Positions 20,914 to 31,301 are shown, counted from the first letter of the stretch. The stretch: 64,000 nucleotides of DNA from an uncultured Planctomycetia bacterium (GCA_964527765.1 CAZGQR010000005.1:2402-66401), one strand, 5' to 3'. The notes: generated from the letters alone by a model not told the origin. A program made the numbers and translations.

Positions 20914-21435
20914 ATGAAATGCGAAGTTTGCGGAAAACGGGAAGCCACGGTTCATCTGACGGAAGTCATCAACGATAAGGTGACAAAACTCCATCTGTGC
21001 GAACAGTGCGCGAAAGCTAAAAGCGAGGAAATGCAGTCGCATTTCGGGCTGACCGATCTTTTGTCCGGCCTGATGGATTTAGGGCAGGCCGTACCGGGAG
21101 GAAAGATAAAAGAAGGCGTCAGGGTGGAGTGCCCCGTTTGCGGAATGACGTACCATGATTTTCAGAAGACGGGCAGGCTCGGGTGCGGAAAATGCTATGA
21201 GACATTCTCCGGGAACTTAAGCGACCTGTTAAGAAAGATCCACGGGTCGGACAGGCATGTCGGGAAGATGCCCTTCAAGGGAAAAGGAGTGATCAAGGAC
21301 CAGCAGGATATCCAGCGCCTGAAAAACGAACTGAACGGGCTTATTCAGGCGGAAGAGTTCGAAAAGGCCGCTTTGCTCAGGGACAGGATAAAAGAACTGG
21401 AAGAGGGGCTGAAGGACCGGGCTGAAGAATCATGA
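20914..21435 (+). CDS. mcsA: protein-arginine kinase activator McsA
   Basis: N-terminal CxxC pairs (CEVCGK, HLCEQCAKAK) and a C-terminal UVR domain (EEFEKAALLRDRIKELE). ATG at 20914 with an AAGGG RBS. Immediately upstream of mcsB. Confidence 0.7.
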   Translation: MKCEVCGKREATVHLTEVINDKVTKLHLCEQCAKAKSEEMQSHFGLTDLLSGLMDLGQAVPGGKIKEGVRVECPVCGMTYHDFQKTGRLGCGKCYETFSGNLSDLLRKIHGSDRHVGKMPFKGKGVIKDQQDIQRLKNELNGLIQAEEFEKAALLRDRIKELEEGLKDRAEES

Positions 21436-22484
21436 AATTGGACGACCTTATTTATTCCAGAAGCGAGTGGCTCAAGGGAGAAGGGCCGAGGTCGAATATA
21501 GCGATATCGACACGGGTGAGAATAGCCAGGAACGTGGAGGGACATGTATATTTCGACCGCGCCAACAACAAGCAACGCGAGGGAACGCTTAAAGCGGTCG
21601 CTTCGGCAGTAGCAAAAAGCAAGTTTCTCAAAAAAACCCTCTTCCTGAAGATGGAAGATATCTCCGACCTGGACAGGAGATTTTTGGTGGAGCGGCACCT
21701 CATGAGCCAGGAGCACATGCTGGATACCGCGCACAAGGGGCTTGTGATAGAAGAAAAAGAGATCGTAAGCGCCATGCTGAACGAAGAGGACCATCTGAGG
21801 CTCCAGGTGCTGCAGTCGGGATTCAATATCATGGAAGCATGGAGGATCGTGGACGACATAGATACCGAACTGGGAAAATATCTTTCGTTCGATTATTCCA
21901 ACAGGTTCGGATATCTGACATCCTGCCCGACAAATACGGGGACGGGTTTAAGGGCGTCGGTCATGCTTCACCTGTCGGCTTTGGTGATGACCGGCCAGAT
22001 AGAGAATGTGTTCGACGCGATCTCAAAACTGGGGCTTACCATGCGCGGTTTTTACGGGGAAGGCACCGAGGCGCTGGGGGATTTTTTCCAGATCTCCAAC
22101 CAGCTGGCCCTGGGGCACTCCGAAATGGATATACTCGATAACCTGGAAAGGATCATGAACAAGATCATATCGAGCGAGGAAGCCACAAGGGAAAGGCTCC
22201 TCAAGAGGAGGAAGCAGGAGATATCCGACCAGATATGCCGTTCCCACGGGACATTGAAGAGCGCCAGGATAATAACATCGAGCGAGACGATCAGGCTGCT
22301 GTCCGCCGTCCGTCTCGGAGCGGACCTGGGTTTGATAAAGGATATCGATATGGTGGGGATCAACGAGATATTGCTTCTCACGCAGCCGGCGCATCTGCAG
22401 AAGATAAACGGAAGAGAGATCGCCCCTCACGAGCGCGATATAAAACGGGCCGATCTTATACGCGAGAAACTTGAAAAGGATTGA
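21432..22484 (+). CDS. mcsB: protein-arginine kinase McsB (ATP:guanido phosphotransferase)
   Basis: VMLNEEDHLRLQ and GYLTSCPTNTGTGLRASVMLHLSALV are near-identical to the McsB phosphagen-kinase catalytic motifs. ATGA overlap with the mcsA stop. Confidence 0.85.
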   Translation: MKLDDLIYSRSEWLKGEGPRSNIAISTRVRIARNVEGHVYFDRANNKQREGTLKAVASAVAKSKFLKKTLFLKMEDISDLDRRFLVERHLMSQEHMLDTAHKGLVIEEKEIVSAMLNEEDHLRLQVLQSGFNIMEAWRIVDDIDTELGKYLSFDYSNRFGYLTSCPTNTGTGLRASVMLHLSALVMTGQIENVFDAISKLGLTMRGFYGEGTEALGDFFQISNQLALGHSEMDILDNLERIMNKIISSEEATRERLLKRRKQEISDQICRSHGTLKSARIITSSETIRLLSAVRLGADLGLIKDIDMVGINEILLLTQPAHLQKINGREIAPHERDIKRADLIREKLEKD

Positions 22485-22501
22485 GAAATCGGGAGGAAAA
22501 G

Positions 22502-24976
22502 ATGCCAGCATTCAACAGGTTTACGGAACGGGCAAGAAAGGTGATCCTTTTGGCAAAGGAAGAGGCAAAGAGGTTCAACCACGATTATATCGGGACCGAA
22601 CATATATTACTGGGACTGGTCAAGGAAGGGGAAGGCGTCGCGGCGGCAGTACTGACCAGCCTGGGACTGGAAGCGGAAAATATACGTCTGGAAGTGGAAA
22701 AACTTGTCCAGCCGGGTCCGGCCAGGATAATGGGAGACGACATACCTTTTACCCCGAGGGCCAAGAAGGTCATTGAGCTTTCCATGGACGAGGCGCGCAG
22801 CCTCGGCCACAATTACATAGGCACCGAGCATCTCCTGCTGGGGCTTATCCGCGAAGGGGAAGGCGTAGCGAGTCAGGTGCTCTTGAATGTAGGGCTGGAC
22901 CTGAAAAGCGTGCGGGAAGAAGTGCTGAACCTCCTGGGTTCGTCCGTTCCCGGATATGCCGTCGGGCCCGGAGGGGTCAAGGCCAAAAAGAAGACCAAGA
23001 CCCCTGCGCTGGATTCCTTCGGAAGGGATCTTACCGAAATGGCGCGCCAGGACGAGCTTGATCCCGTTATAGGCAGGGAGAAGGAGATCCAGCGCGTGGT
23101 CCAGATACTGAGCCGCCGGAAAAAGAACAATCCCGTTCTGATCGGTGAAGCAGGCGTGGGAAAGACCGCTATCGTCGAAGGGCTGGCCCAAAAGATCATT
23201 TTCGGCGATATTCCCGAGTCGCTTAAGGGGAAAAGAGTGCTCATACTGGACCTGGCGATGATGATCGCCGGCACGAAATACCGGGGGCAGTTCGAGGAGC
23301 GCATAAAGGCCGTCATGAAAGAGATAAAAGATACCCCTGAGATCATTGTTTTTATCGATGAGATACACACACTGGTAGGCGCCGGGGGAGCGGAGGGGGC
23401 CATAGATGCTTCTAACATCCTGAAGCCTTCCCTGCAGCGCGGGGATATCCAGTGCATAGGCGCCACGACCCTTGATGAATACCGTAAAAATATCGAAAAA
23501 GACCCCGCGCTGGAAAGACGGTTCCAGCCGGTGACAGTCGAGCCGCCTACCGTCAAGGAGACCATCGAGATATTGAAGGGGCTCAGGGACAAGTACGAAG
23601 CTCACCACAAGGTGAAGTTCTCGGACAAGGCCCTGGAAGCCGCGGCGAAGCTGTCGGACCAGTATATCAGCGGACGGTTCCTGCCGGATAAGGCGATCGA
23701 CCTGATAGATGAAGCGGGATCGAAATCCAAGCTGTCCACGATGATGATGCCGAAAGAGCTCAAGGATATAGAAAAGATGATAGAGGAGTTCAAGCGCGAA
23801 AAAGAAGCAGCCGTCAAGAACCAGGATTTCGAGATGGCCGCCCGGTTCAGGGACTCCGAACGGAAAACCAGGCGGGAACTGGAGAAGAAACAGCAGGAAT
23901 GGAAAAGCGGACAGGTGCACCAGGAGATCGAGGTCAGTGATGAGGATATCGCGACGATAGTCTCCGACTGGACCGGGATACCGCTTGTAAAGGTCGAAGA
24001 GGGAGAATCGGAAAAATATCTCAAGCTTGAAGAGAGCCTGAAGACGCGGGTCGTGGGTCAGGACGAGGCGATAAGCGCGATAGCGCACGCGGTCCGCAGG
24101 TCGCGCGCCGGCGTAAAAGCTCCGAACCGCCCGATAGGGACGTTTATTTTTATGGGGCCGACCGGCGTGGGGAAAACCCTGCTGGGACAGAAACTCGCGG
24201 AGATCATGTTCGGGGACGCGGACGCGATCATCCAGATCGACATGTCGGAGTATATGGAGAAGTTCAACGTTTCCAGGCTTGTCGGTGCCCCTCCGGGGTA
24301 TGTCGGCTATGAAGAGGGCGGGCAGCTGACCGAAAAGGTCAGGAGAAGGCCTTACGCGGTGGTGCTTCTGGACGAGATCGAAAAAGCCCATCCGGATGTC
24401 TTCAACATCCTGCTGCAGCTTCTGGATGAAGGGCGTCTTACGGATTCATACGGCAGGAAGGTAAGCTTCAAGAATACCGTACTTATCATGACGTCCAATA
24501 TCGGGGCGAATCTGCTGAAAAAGACGGGGGCTATCGGATTCAAGACCCAGAAGGAAGAGGAGACGTACAAGGAGATGAAGGAACGGCTGCTGGAAGCCGT
24601 CAAGAAAACGTTCAAGCCCGAGTTTCTTAACAGGGTGGATGAGACCATCGTTTTCAGGCCTCTCAACAGGGACGACCTGAAACAGATCGTGGAGATAGAG
24701 TCCAGGGAGGTGCAGGAGAGACTGAGAGAGAAGAACATCGAGATAACGCTCGACAAAAAAGCGAAGGATTTTCTTATTGACAAAGGATTTGATAAGATCT
24801 TCGGGGCGCGCCCGCTCAAAAGGACCATACAGCGGTATCTGGAAAATCCCCTGGCCGAGGAGATATTGGCCGGTTCGTTCAAGACCGGGGCCAAGGTCAC
24901 GATAACATATTCCAAGGCAAAGGACGGGCTGGAATTCATAAGATCTTCGGGCAAGTCCGTAAAGAAGAAGAGTTAG
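22502..24976 (+). CDS. clpC: ATP-dependent Clp protease ATP-binding subunit ClpC
   Basis: Tandem Clp-N repeats, two AAA+ modules (GEAGVGKTAIVEGLA, GPTGVGKT), a UVR-like linker. Start MPAFN with a GGGAGG RBS. Confidence 0.9.
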   Translation: MPAFNRFTERARKVILLAKEEAKRFNHDYIGTEHILLGLVKEGEGVAAAVLTSLGLEAENIRLEVEKLVQPGPARIMGDDIPFTPRAKKVIELSMDEARSLGHNYIGTEHLLLGLIREGEGVASQVLLNVGLDLKSVREEVLNLLGSSVPGYAVGPGGVKAKKKTKTPALDSFGRDLTEMARQDELDPVIGREKEIQRVVQILSRRKKNNPVLIGEAGVGKTAIVEGLAQKIIFGDIPESLKGKRVLILDLAMMIAGTKYRGQFEERIKAVMKEIKDTPEIIVFIDEIHTLVGAGGAEGAIDASNILKPSLQRGDIQCIGATTLDEYRKNIEKDPALERRFQPVTVEPPTVKETIEILKGLRDKYEAHHKVKFSDKALEAAAKLSDQYISGRFLPDKAIDLIDEAGSKSKLSTMMMPKELKDIEKMIEEFKREKEAAVKNQDFEMAARFRDSERKTRRELEKKQQEWKSGQVHQEIEVSDEDIATIVSDWTGIPLVKVEEGESEKYLKLEESLKTRVVGQDEAISAIAHAVRRSRAGVKAPNRPIGTFIFMGPTGVGKTLLGQKLAEIMFGDADAIIQIDMSEYMEKFNVSRLVGAPPGYVGYEEGGQLTEKVRRRPYAVVLLDEIEKAHPDVFNILLQLLDEGRLTDSYGRKVSFKNTVLIMTSNIGANLLKKTGAIGFKTQKEEETYKEMKERLLEAVKKTFKPEFLNRVDETIVFRPLNRDDLKQIVEIESREVQERLREKNIEITLDKKAKDFLIDKGFDKIFGARPLKRTIQRYLENPLAEEILAGSFKTGAKVTITYSKAKDGLEFIRSSGKSVKKKS

Positions 24977-24998
24977 CGGAAGTAATTCAATAACCGGC

Positions 24999-26510
24999 AT
25001 GAGAGGATATATTTACTGGCACAGAAAGAAGCGGCTTTTAGCCGTGGCGCTGATCCTGGCGGTCTTCTGTTTTTTCAGTTTTCACAGGTCACACTGGGTG
25101 AAACAGTTCGCGGAAGACAAGGTCACGGAATTCATGGGAGAGAGGCTGACCGTAACGATCGGGAGCCTCACCGGCGGCATATTCAGGGACATGATACTGC
25201 AGAACGTGGCATTTTCCTCGGAGGGAGCAGGCGGGAAAGGGAAGGTCTTCCGGCTGGAAAGGATGGAAATATCCTATCGGATATGGGAAGTCATCATGGA
25301 GAAACTGGGCCTGGCTTCCGGCAAAGAAAGTTCGCTGAAATATGTGGGAATGTATTTCAGCGGGGAAAATCCCTTTGTGCAGGGTTTTGTCAAGCTGTAC
25401 AGGTATCCCGGAAGGGTCGAGATATTCGGGCATATATCGCCTGTATTGTTCGGAGGAGAAACAAAAAAAGGAATAAAGGGGGTTTTTCTCAAACGCGAAG
25501 ACGGCAAGTACGATTGTAAGCTTTTGTGGGACGGGAGCGTGGACATCACGGGCATACTGGATCCCTCCGGCCGGGCGATAGAGCTCGGATTCACTCCCCT
25601 ATCACAGAAAAAAGGCATCGTGAAGATCTTTGCGTCCATAGATGAAAAAGGAGAACTTCAGGCCTATTCCCGGCTGGATAAGGTAAATGTGTTCGGAACT
25701 GAGGTCATTGGGGACCTGTGGCTGTCTTACAGGGACGAGGTAATGCCGCTATTTTCGTTCAGTGCCGAGAACCTGGTTGTAAATAAACAGCCGTTCTGGG
25801 ATTTCGCGATCAAGGGCGGGGTCTCTTCCGCGGAAAAGGTCATCTTTCTTGACGACGTCAGATGGGGCGAAGGCCTCAGGCTGACGGGAAATGTCGGAAC
25901 GAGCGACCCTTATCCTGCCAGGCTGCAACTGACGATCAGGAATGTGGAGCTGGGAGAACTGGCCGGGATGCTGGGGGATGCGAAGGCGTCCCTTGCCGGC
26001 AAAGCCGAAGGGGAAATAAATTTTGACGGCCCCATAAAAACGGCCAGGATAAAAGGCAGGCTTTACATAGGCGAAGGAGTAATGGGTGAAATGGACTTTC
26101 GCTCGATGTTCGCGACGCTGAAAGGTACTCTGCCCGTGGTCCAAGTGGCCGATTCCCGGGTCATAAAAGAGGGCGGTCATATCATAGTGAGCGGTCATAT
26201 GGATTTCAGCAAGTTGCGGGATAACGGAGAGTTCGAGGACCTGGTCTTTGAAACTGACAACAGGGTCGCTGTCTGGGAAGACTGGCAGATATCCAAAGAG
26301 GAAAAATTCGGCGTGATCGAAGCCAGAAAAAACAGGATGACGTTGAGCACTTCCATGGAAGATAACAGTCTGCAGAAGAAGCCCGATGAAGAAGACCCCG
26401 CGCACAAAGAACTGGGATTCAAGTATAAGATCGATACCGCTAACAGTTTGAAGCTCGAGCTGGAAGAGGAAAAGGATTTTTTAGGACTGGAACATAAAAT
26501 AGAATTTTGA
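24999..26510 (+). CDS. hypothetical membrane-anchored protein (N-terminal signal anchor, beta-rich periplasmic region)
   Basis: 503 aa with a single N-terminal hydrophobic segment (LLAVALILAVFCFF) and no recognisable catalytic motifs. Lies directly upstream of mlaEFD. Possibly an AsmA-like or lipid-transfer accessory protein. Confidence 0.45.
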   Translation: MRGYIYWHRKKRLLAVALILAVFCFFSFHRSHWVKQFAEDKVTEFMGERLTVTIGSLTGGIFRDMILQNVAFSSEGAGGKGKVFRLERMEISYRIWEVIMEKLGLASGKESSLKYVGMYFSGENPFVQGFVKLYRYPGRVEIFGHISPVLFGGETKKGIKGVFLKREDGKYDCKLLWDGSVDITGILDPSGRAIELGFTPLSQKKGIVKIFASIDEKGELQAYSRLDKVNVFGTEVIGDLWLSYRDEVMPLFSFSAENLVVNKQPFWDFAIKGGVSSAEKVIFLDDVRWGEGLRLTGNVGTSDPYPARLQLTIRNVELGELAGMLGDAKASLAGKAEGEINFDGPIKTARIKGRLYIGEGVMGEMDFRSMFATLKGTLPVVQVADSRVIKEGGHIIVSGHMDFSKLRDNGEFEDLVFETDNRVAVWEDWQISKEEKFGVIEARKNRMTLSTSMEDNSLQKKPDEEDPAHKELGFKYKIDTANSLKLELEEEKDFLGLEHKIEF

Positions 26511-26516
26511 GGAGAT

Positions 26517-27326
26517 ATGAAACTTGAACTGATCATAACTTTTGTGAAGGGAATGTTTATTTACGCCGGGAACCGGATCGTAAGGTTTTTCACTTATATC
26601 GGCGGACTGGTAATACTTTTGGTAAAGACCGTCTTCTGGGTGTTTATTCCGCCGTTGAGAAAATGGCAGATCCTGGAACAGATGAGCAGGATCGGCGTCG
26701 CCAGTTTTCCGATAATATTCCTGATAAGCCTTTTCACGGGCGTGGTCCTTGCCCTGCAGAGCGCTTACCAGATGCAGAAAGTGGCTGCGGAGATGTACAT
26801 CGCCTCGCTTGTAGCGCTTTCACTCACACGCGAGCTGGGGCCGGTCCTGACGGCTCTCATCGTTGCCGGGCGCTGCGGCGCCGCGATAACCGCGGAGCTC
26901 GGGACCATGACGGTGACGGAGCAGGTGGAAGCCCTGGAGACGCTGTCCGCCAACCCGGTGCATTACCTGGTGGTTCCCAGGTTTATCGCGCTCCTGGTGA
27001 TGGTGCCGCTTTTGACCATCTTTGCGGACTTTTTCGGGATGGTCGGGGGGTATCTGATAGGCGTGGGAAAGCTGAACATAACCCACGCCATGTATATGAA
27101 GATGACGTTCGAGCCTCTTGCCCTGAAGGATGTCACGACGGGGCTCATCAAGAGCATTTCTTTCGCGGTGATCATATGCGTGATATCCTGCTTCGAGGGC
27201 ATAAACTCGGAAGGGGGAGCCGAGGGGGTCGGCAGGGCGACGACGTCCAGTGTCGTCAGGAGTTTCATATTGATCATCGTGGCCGACTGTTTTTTCACGG
27301 CGCTTTTTTACTTTATTTTGAGATAA
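26517..27326 (+). CDS. mlaE: phospholipid ABC transporter permease MlaE
   Basis: 269-aa multi-TM protein of the MlaE/YrbE family, followed by an ABC ATPase and an MCE protein. Confidence 0.8.
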   Translation: MKLELIITFVKGMFIYAGNRIVRFFTYIGGLVILLVKTVFWVFIPPLRKWQILEQMSRIGVASFPIIFLISLFTGVVLALQSAYQMQKVAAEMYIASLVALSLTRELGPVLTALIVAGRCGAAITAELGTMTVTEQVEALETLSANPVHYLVVPRFIALLVMVPLLTIFADFFGMVGGYLIGVGKLNITHAMYMKMTFEPLALKDVTTGLIKSISFAVIICVISCFEGINSEGGAEGVGRATTSSVVRSFILIIVADCFFTALFYFILR

Positions 27327-27341
27327 AAGGATGTTTTTATC

Positions 27342-28097
27342 ATGATAGAACTAAAGCATGTGCACAAGTCGTTTAACGGCCACGAGGTCCTTAAGGACAT
27401 GAACCTGACGATCAATACCGGTGAATCGATGGTGATCATCGGCCGTTCCGGATGCGGGAAAAGCGTTTCGCTAAAGCATATCATAGGATTAATGAGGCCG
27501 GATTCCGGCAGCGTGATAATCGACGGAACGGACATTACCGGGCTTAACTCCAGGGAACTTAACAGGATCCGGATGAATTTCGGCATGCTTTTTCAGGGAG
27601 CGGCTCTTTTTGATTCCCTGAACGTGCTGGAGAATGTGGGCTTCAGACTTTTTGAATACACGAACATGTCCCTGGAGGAAATAAAGCGGCGCGTGGCCGA
27701 ATGTCTCGAAAAGGTGGGCTTGAGAGGCGTGGAGCGCTTAAAACCGGCGGAACTCTCGGGCGGCATGAAAAAAAGGGTAGGCCTGGCCAGGGCGATAAGC
27801 ATGTCCCCGCAGATCATATTGTTTGATGAACCGACGACGGGCGTTGACCCCATAATGGGGGATATCATAAACGAACTTATACGGTATCTGCACAACACCC
27901 TTAAAGTCACTTCCATAACCGTGACACATGACATGAAAAGCGCCTATAAGATCGCTGACCGGATCGCGATGCTATATGACAAGCGCATAATCGAAATAGG
28001 GACACCGGATGAGATAAAGAATTCCGAGAACCCTATCGTAAAGCAGTTCGTAAGCGGCAGCGCGATAGGGCCCATAACCAGGGATACCGTGGAATAG
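27342..28097 (+). CDS. mlaF: phospholipid ABC transporter ATP-binding protein MlaF
   Basis: Walker A GRSGCGKS, LSGGMKKR signature, Walker B ILFDEPTTGVD. Confidence 0.8.
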   Translation: MIELKHVHKSFNGHEVLKDMNLTINTGESMVIIGRSGCGKSVSLKHIIGLMRPDSGSVIIDGTDITGLNSRELNRIRMNFGMLFQGAALFDSLNVLENVGFRLFEYTNMSLEEIKRRVAECLEKVGLRGVERLKPAELSGGMKKRVGLARAISMSPQIILFDEPTTGVDPIMGDIINELIRYLHNTLKVTSITVTHDMKSAYKIADRIAMLYDKRIIEIGTPDEIKNSENPIVKQFVSGSAIGPITRDTVE

Positions 28098-28177
28098 AGA
28101 AAAGTTTCGGGCTGCGCGCCGGCGGCGCGGACCCGGAGCTTGTATTTGGCAAGCATTATAAAACAAGGAGAGGATCT

Positions 28178-28915
28178 ATGTTCAGGGACGAGAAACTTGA
28201 GATGAAGGTAGGGCTGTTCATCGGGATAGGTATTTTCCTGATGTTTTTTATCGTCTTTTCGATAAGCGATTTATACCTCTGGAAGAAGGGGTATGATATC
28301 CGCGTGATATTTGATTTTGTGAACGGGATAACCGAGGATGCTCCCGTCAGGCTGGCGGGCGTCCATGTCGGCGAGGTCAAGGATATAAAGATCTATTACG
28401 ATAAGGAGGCTGCCAGGACACGCGTCAAGCTGTACGTGTGGATCGGCGGCGACACCAGGATCGAGGAGGATGCCGTTGCCAGGATAAATACTCTGGGGTT
28501 GTTGGGAGAGCAGTATCTTGAGATATCCCCGGGGACATCGGACAGATTTCTTAAGTCCGACGATATTATCATCGGAAAGAATCCTATAAACGTCGGCCAG
28601 CAGATGGAGGGAATGAGCGAGCTCGTACAGTCCGCCAAGAGGATATTCCAGACCGCCGAGAAAGGGGAGGGGACGCTGGGAAAACTTTTGGTGGATGATA
28701 CCCTGTATAACGACCTTGCGACCATTTTCGGCAGGCTGAAGGACGGAGAGGGGACGATAGGGAAACTTCTCGTGGAAGAAAAGGTGTATGATGATCTGGA
28801 GGATTTTGTGAGCGATATCAAGGCGCATCCATGGAAGCTTTTAAGCAAACCCTCAAGGCGCGAGCGCAAAACCGACAAAGAAGAGAAACGCGGCGCGGGC
28901 ATCGAGCCGCGCTGA
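28178..28915 (+). CDS. mlaD: MCE-domain substrate-binding protein MlaD
   Basis: N-terminal TM, MCE domain (VRLAGVHVGEVKDI), and C-terminal coiled repeats (GEGTLGKLLVDD twice). Confidence 0.75.
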   Translation: MFRDEKLEMKVGLFIGIGIFLMFFIVFSISDLYLWKKGYDIRVIFDFVNGITEDAPVRLAGVHVGEVKDIKIYYDKEAARTRVKLYVWIGGDTRIEEDAVARINTLGLLGEQYLEISPGTSDRFLKSDDIIIGKNPINVGQQMEGMSELVQSAKRIFQTAEKGEGTLGKLLVDDTLYNDLATIFGRLKDGEGTIGKLLVEEKVYDDLEDFVSDIKAHPWKLLSKPSRRERKTDKEEKRGAGIEPR

Positions 28916-28978
28916 CGCATGATTTGATAAAGGTTTTTTATTTTATTGGTTTAACGGGCAGAAAGGAAGTGGATTATT

Positions 28979-30046
28979 ATGACAGTGAAGCTAATAAGGG
29001 TCTTTTTTCTGGTCTTGAGCACGACCTGCGGGTATTATATATGGCTTTTGTTGCCGAACCTGACCAGGGAAACGGCACCGGTCGGTGCCGGTATAGGGTT
29101 TGCCGCCGGACTGTTCCTGATCTGGCTGGAAGTAAAATTAAAAAGCGTATCCCTGCGTAACCTTTCGGCGGCTGCGTTCGGGCTCGTGTTCGGTTTTTTC
29201 ATGGCGTGGATGATAACCCTGATAATGAAGCTGTTCCCCATGGATGAGATGTTCTATCATGTTTTCCAGGTCGTATTTACTCTGGTTTTCTGTTACCTCG
29301 GCATGGTCATAGCCCTGAAGGGCAAAGACGAGTTCAATCTCGTAATACCGTACGTGCGTTTTTCGCGGGAAGACCGGAGAGATCAGCTGTTCCTGCTGGA
29401 TACCAGCGTTATTATAGACGGCAGGATAGCCGGCATATGCGAGACGGGCTTTCTGGAGGGGAAGATCGTGATCCCCCGTTTCGTGTTGCAGGAATTGCAG
29501 CAGATCGCGGACAGCCCGGATGACGCGAAACGCACCAGGGGACGCAGGGGGCTGGACATGCTGGACAGGCTTAAGAAGATCCAGGGGACGGAAGTAATAA
29601 TACATGAAGAGAGGCTTTCCGAGATCAAGGAAGTGGATGCCAAGCTCGTCCGCCTGGCCAAGATCCTCGACTGCCGCGTACTTACGAACGATTTCAATCT
29701 TAACAAGGTCGCCAAAATTGAAGGGGTCGGCGTACTGAATATCAATGATCTCGCAAATGCCATGCGCCCGGTAGTGTTTCCCGGAGAACATATGAACGTC
29801 CATATAAAGAAGGAAGGCAAGGAGAGGAACCAGGGCGTCGCATTCATGGATGACGGGACCATGATCGTCGTCGAGAACAGCCGGAAATTTATCGGGAGGA
29901 GCGTGAACATCTCCGTTACGAGCGTGCTGCAGACATCGGCCGGCAGGATGATATTTGCCAATCTGATGGAAAAACCCGAACAGAGAAAACAGGAACATCC
30001 GCACAGACGTCAGGATCCGGGTCAGGCGGGGAGAGATAAACGATAG
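28979..30046 (+). CDS. membrane PIN and TRAM domain protein (YacL-like)
   Basis: Four N-terminal TM helices, a PIN domain (LLDTSVIIDGRI, VLTNDFNLNK), and a C-terminal TRAM-like beta domain. Confidence 0.65.
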   Translation: MTVKLIRVFFLVLSTTCGYYIWLLLPNLTRETAPVGAGIGFAAGLFLIWLEVKLKSVSLRNLSAAAFGLVFGFFMAWMITLIMKLFPMDEMFYHVFQVVFTLVFCYLGMVIALKGKDEFNLVIPYVRFSREDRRDQLFLLDTSVIIDGRIAGICETGFLEGKIVIPRFVLQELQQIADSPDDAKRTRGRRGLDMLDRLKKIQGTEVIIHEERLSEIKEVDAKLVRLAKILDCRVLTNDFNLNKVAKIEGVGVLNINDLANAMRPVVFPGEHMNVHIKKEGKERNQGVAFMDDGTMIVVENSRKFIGRSVNISVTSVLQTSAGRMIFANLMEKPEQRKQEHPHRRQDPGQAGRDKR

Positions 30047-30071
30047 CCGCATCGGTAATGGATTTAATGTC

Positions 30072-30545
30072 ATGAAGATCGGAATGGGTTTCGACATACA
30101 CAGACTGGCTGAAAACAGGCCCATGGTGCTGGGAGGCGTTGACGTGCCCGGCCCCAGGGGGCCCGAGGGGCATTCCGACGGGGACGTGCTCCTTCATGCC
30201 ATCTGCGACGCGATACTGGGGGCTCTGGGTAAGGGGGACATCGGCATGAGGTTCCCCGACACGGACCCCAGGTATAAGGGCATTTCCAGCAGGGAACTTT
30301 TGCGGGACGTGGCGGGCCTCATGGACAGCGAAGGGTTCAGGGTCGGCAGCCTGGACTGCACGGTAATAGCGGAAGAGCCGAAATTAGGGCCTTATCGCGA
30401 GAAAATAACCCGCGCGATCAGCGATATCCTCAAGACTTCTCCGGAGGCCGTGAACGTGAAAGGAAAAACAGCTGAAAGGCTGGGCGTTATCGGTGAAGGA
30501 AAAGCCATGGCGGCCTATGCCGTTGTACTGCTGGACGAGAAATAA
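30072..30545 (+). CDS. ispF: 2-C-methyl-D-erythritol 2,4-cyclodiphosphate synthase
   Basis: MKIGMGFDIHRL, HSDGDVLLHAICDAILGA; 157 aa. Confidence 0.9.
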   Translation: MKIGMGFDIHRLAENRPMVLGGVDVPGPRGPEGHSDGDVLLHAICDAILGALGKGDIGMRFPDTDPRYKGISSRELLRDVAGLMDSEGFRVGSLDCTVIAEEPKLGPYREKITRAISDILKTSPEAVNVKGKTAERLGVIGEGKAMAAYAVVLLDEK

Positions 30546-30575
30546 GTTCAACGTAAAACAGTATAAGGAGAGAAA

Positions 30576-31301
30576 ATGGTAAATTTACTGTGCGTGATCA
30601 TAGTTCTTCTATTCCTGGCGGTTGTTTATTACCTGCACATGCGGATCTTTTTTGCCGATGAGATAAAAGCGGCCATGGAAAGAGACCCCGCGGCGACAAG
30701 TCACGCTGAGGTCATCTTTACGTATTCCGGACTGCACGCCCTGGTGTTTTATAAGGTGACGCACGCGCTCAGAAAATGGCGCGTTCCGTTCCTGCCGCGG
30801 TTTTTATCCCAGCTGGGCAAATGGATGACCGGGATCGAGATACACCCCGGCGCCACCATAGGTAAGGGACTTTTCATAGATCACGGGATGGGGGTCGTTA
30901 TAGGCGAGACGAGCGTTATCGGCGATAACGTGACGCTGTTCCAGGGCGTGACCCTCGGCGGGACAGGAAAAGAAAAGGGCAAGCGGCATCCGACGCTCGG
31001 GGATAACGTGGTGGCAGGCGCCGGAGCGAAGATACTCGGCAATATCACCGTGGGGAACAACACGCTGATAGGGGCTAATGCGGTGGTTATCCGCGATATC
31101 CCGGACGATTCGACCGTGGTCGGGGTTCCGGGGCGCGTGGCGAAAAAACGCGGGAAACGCCTTCCGGGAGGCGTCAATCTCGATCATACCTCACTGCCGG
31201 ATCCGATCCAGCAGGCCCTGGAAAGATTGCAGCATGAAATAGACCATATCGAAACCGAGATCGGGGAATATCGCGAGAGAAAAGAAGGCGGAACAGGGTG
31301 A
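30576..31301 (+). CDS. cysE: serine O-acetyltransferase
   Basis: Left-handed beta-helix hexapeptide repeats ([30 protein letters not shown]) and an ERDPAA N-terminal motif. A strong AAGGAGA RBS sits at 30576, but the first 21 aa are hydrophobic; an alternative start is 30639. Confidence 0.75.
   Translation: MVNLLCVIIVLLFLAVVYYLHMRIFFADEIKAAMERDPAATSHAEVIFTYSGLHALVFYKVTHALRKWRVPFLPRFLSQLGKWMTGIEIHPGATIGKGLFIDHGMGVVIGETSVIGDNVTLFQGVTLGGTGKEKGKRHPTLGDNVVAGAGAKILGNITVGNNTLIGANAVVIRDIPDDSTVVGVPGRVAKKRGKRLPGGVNLDHTSLPDPIQQALERLQHEIDHIETEIGEYRERKEGGTG

Noticed and set aside
28105-28140. GC-rich imperfect palindrome (CGGGCTGCGCGCCGGCGGCGCGGACCCGG) between mlaF and mlaD as a terminator
   Set aside because: It has no following T-tract, and mlaD follows with its own strong RBS inside an obvious operon. 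More likely incidental GC-rich structure.
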